Of a DNA stretch of 64,000 nucleotides, positions 62,525-64,000 are shown piece after piece. A program made the position numbers and the translations under genes. The notes beneath the pieces were generated by a model, which was not told the origin of the DNA, made no database searches, and saw nothing but the letters and a program-made list of their open reading frames with translations. Each line of letters begins with the position of its first letter. The stretch's first letter is position 1. This DNA comes from Chrysomallon squamiferum (taxonomy: Eukaryota > Animalia > Mollusca): the NCBI GenBank assembly GCA_012295275.1, contig CM022666.1, forward strand, positions 10,168,001 to 10,232,000. Reading direction: 5' to 3'.

Positions 62525-64000
62525 GGGTCATTCTGTGTTAAAACCACCCCCACCCAAAAAATTATTTTAAACCTGACTGTCTCAGATTTTTATGAAACTT
62601 GGAATACTTGTTGACTAGGATCCCACAGCACCAAATCCGAAATTTTAGGCCAGTTGGACCGAACATGGTGTGGGAGATATGGCCCCCCCGATATGGCCCC
62701 CCGCCAAAATGGGTGTGACCACCAACCTTTGAACCCTCGTATTTCGGGAACTACTGAGCCAATCTTCATAAAATTGGTATTGTTGAAAAGGCAATATGAC
62801 AAGGATTCCAAATCTGCCATTATTGTTCAGTTTGAAGACTGTTGGGGTACACTGACTTTTTTACCTTCGTTATGACCCTAAAACTGACCTTGTGGATGGT
62901 GAGAACTTGAGATGACCTTTTTTGAAATTTAATCTCCCACATATAAAAGTTTGAGGTGTAATATTCTTTGTTTAGCAGTAACACACATTAAAAAATTGCC
63001 TGTCCATGAAAATAACACCATTTCTGCCATTAACATCTGATTAGCTAAAACCTGAATGACCAATTCCTGATGCTAGGAATCACCATCTCTCTTGATCACT
63101 GAGTAATACATCATAGGCCTACATGCTATGATCATATGATATCAAACTACTTCTCTCACTGCCTTCTCACCAGTTCAGCAGTCACAGAATCATTTGTCAC
63201 CCACTTCCCCCATAATCTTGCAATTCTAGCCTCATCCTTTTTACTCAGGGATACATCCGTTGAAAAGATGCAATAGAAGGTGTATCAATGACACAGAAGA
63301 TGTCCCCGTCACTATATTAACAAGTGTCTTCTTTGTTTGGCCAGTGAAATAATTTAGAAGATCTCTGAGGGTGCAAGAAACGAATGAAGAAGACTCCATG
63401 CTCTTCTGAAATGCCCTCAACTAGTCCAGCCCATGCCTCATTGTCATACAGACAACAGAGTTTTGCTTCTTGGCTTCAATGGAAGGCTCCTCTGGTAACT
63501 GTCGTATCATCCTCAAAATCCTGGACAGATACTAGTTCTGGTGGGTCACTCTGCAGGCTCAGCTTATAGGCATGCATCTTTGACTTAGACTCTGGAACAA
63601 ACTGGTGAAATTGCTGTGTTCCCTTTACCATTTTAGCCACTTGAAACCTCCCTTGTAGTTCCAACTCATGTTTTGCTATGTCTTGTTGAAAAAGTGAATA
63701 CCTGGAATACTCTTGATGTAGAAGTGCATGATAGCGTCAGTGGTCAGAACTGGGTCTGTGTAGGGACGTTACAAACTGGCCTTTGTCAGCAACTTCTACA
63801 CATTCCCCCCCAATTCCATTACAGGCACTTTTCCCATGGCTTGTTTCCAAAAAATTCACCTTCCAACTCAAAGTGCTCTTCATGATGGCACAGGTTAACA
63901 AATTTGTTCTTATTTTTATATGGTCCAGCACAGCCATCAGTGTCATGAAATAGTGCAGTGAACTGAATTGATCTTCAGACTAGTTTTATCTCAGGCATAA
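62525..64000 (-). mobile_element. Sola2-like DNA transposon (degenerate transposase, continues beyond the window)
   Basis: Terminus GGGTCATT at 62525. Minus-strand frames give TDGCAGPYKNKNKFVNLCHHEE, FLETSHGKSACNGIGG and VKGTQQFHQFVP, the DGC.GQYKN / TSHGK..CDGIGG Sola2 signature. Confidence 0.75.

Overview
AT-rich eukaryotic (animal, probably lophotrochozoan/mollusc-like; inference) genomic DNA with spliceosomal GT-AG introns and a 200-N scaffold gap. The window has two halves. About 1-35 kb is repeat-dense and holds decayed genes: a ~100-bp satellite with a 7-mer higher-order repeat, an intron-containing HSPA14 3' pseudogene, tandem exon-like cassettes, two related fold-back blocks of a 57-bp minisatellite, a bacterial-type 3-hydroxybutyrate dehydrogenase pseudogene carrying a young gag-protease-only Gypsy LTR element, a 169-bp satellite, a second inverted copy of the same LTR family with a nested Sola2 fragment, integrase and LINE relics, and an orphan C-type lectin exon. 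About 35.6-64 kb holds two apparently intact housekeeping genes tail-to-tail: BAP18/C17orf49 (+, 6 coding exons) and PCCA (-, 20 exons in the window, 5' end outside). Their introns carry ISL2EU, pogo/Tigger, Kolobok-like, hAT, Sola2 and LINE relics. All family calls come from manual translation and motif recognition; no database searches were run. No CRISPR array, rRNA or tRNA gene was found.
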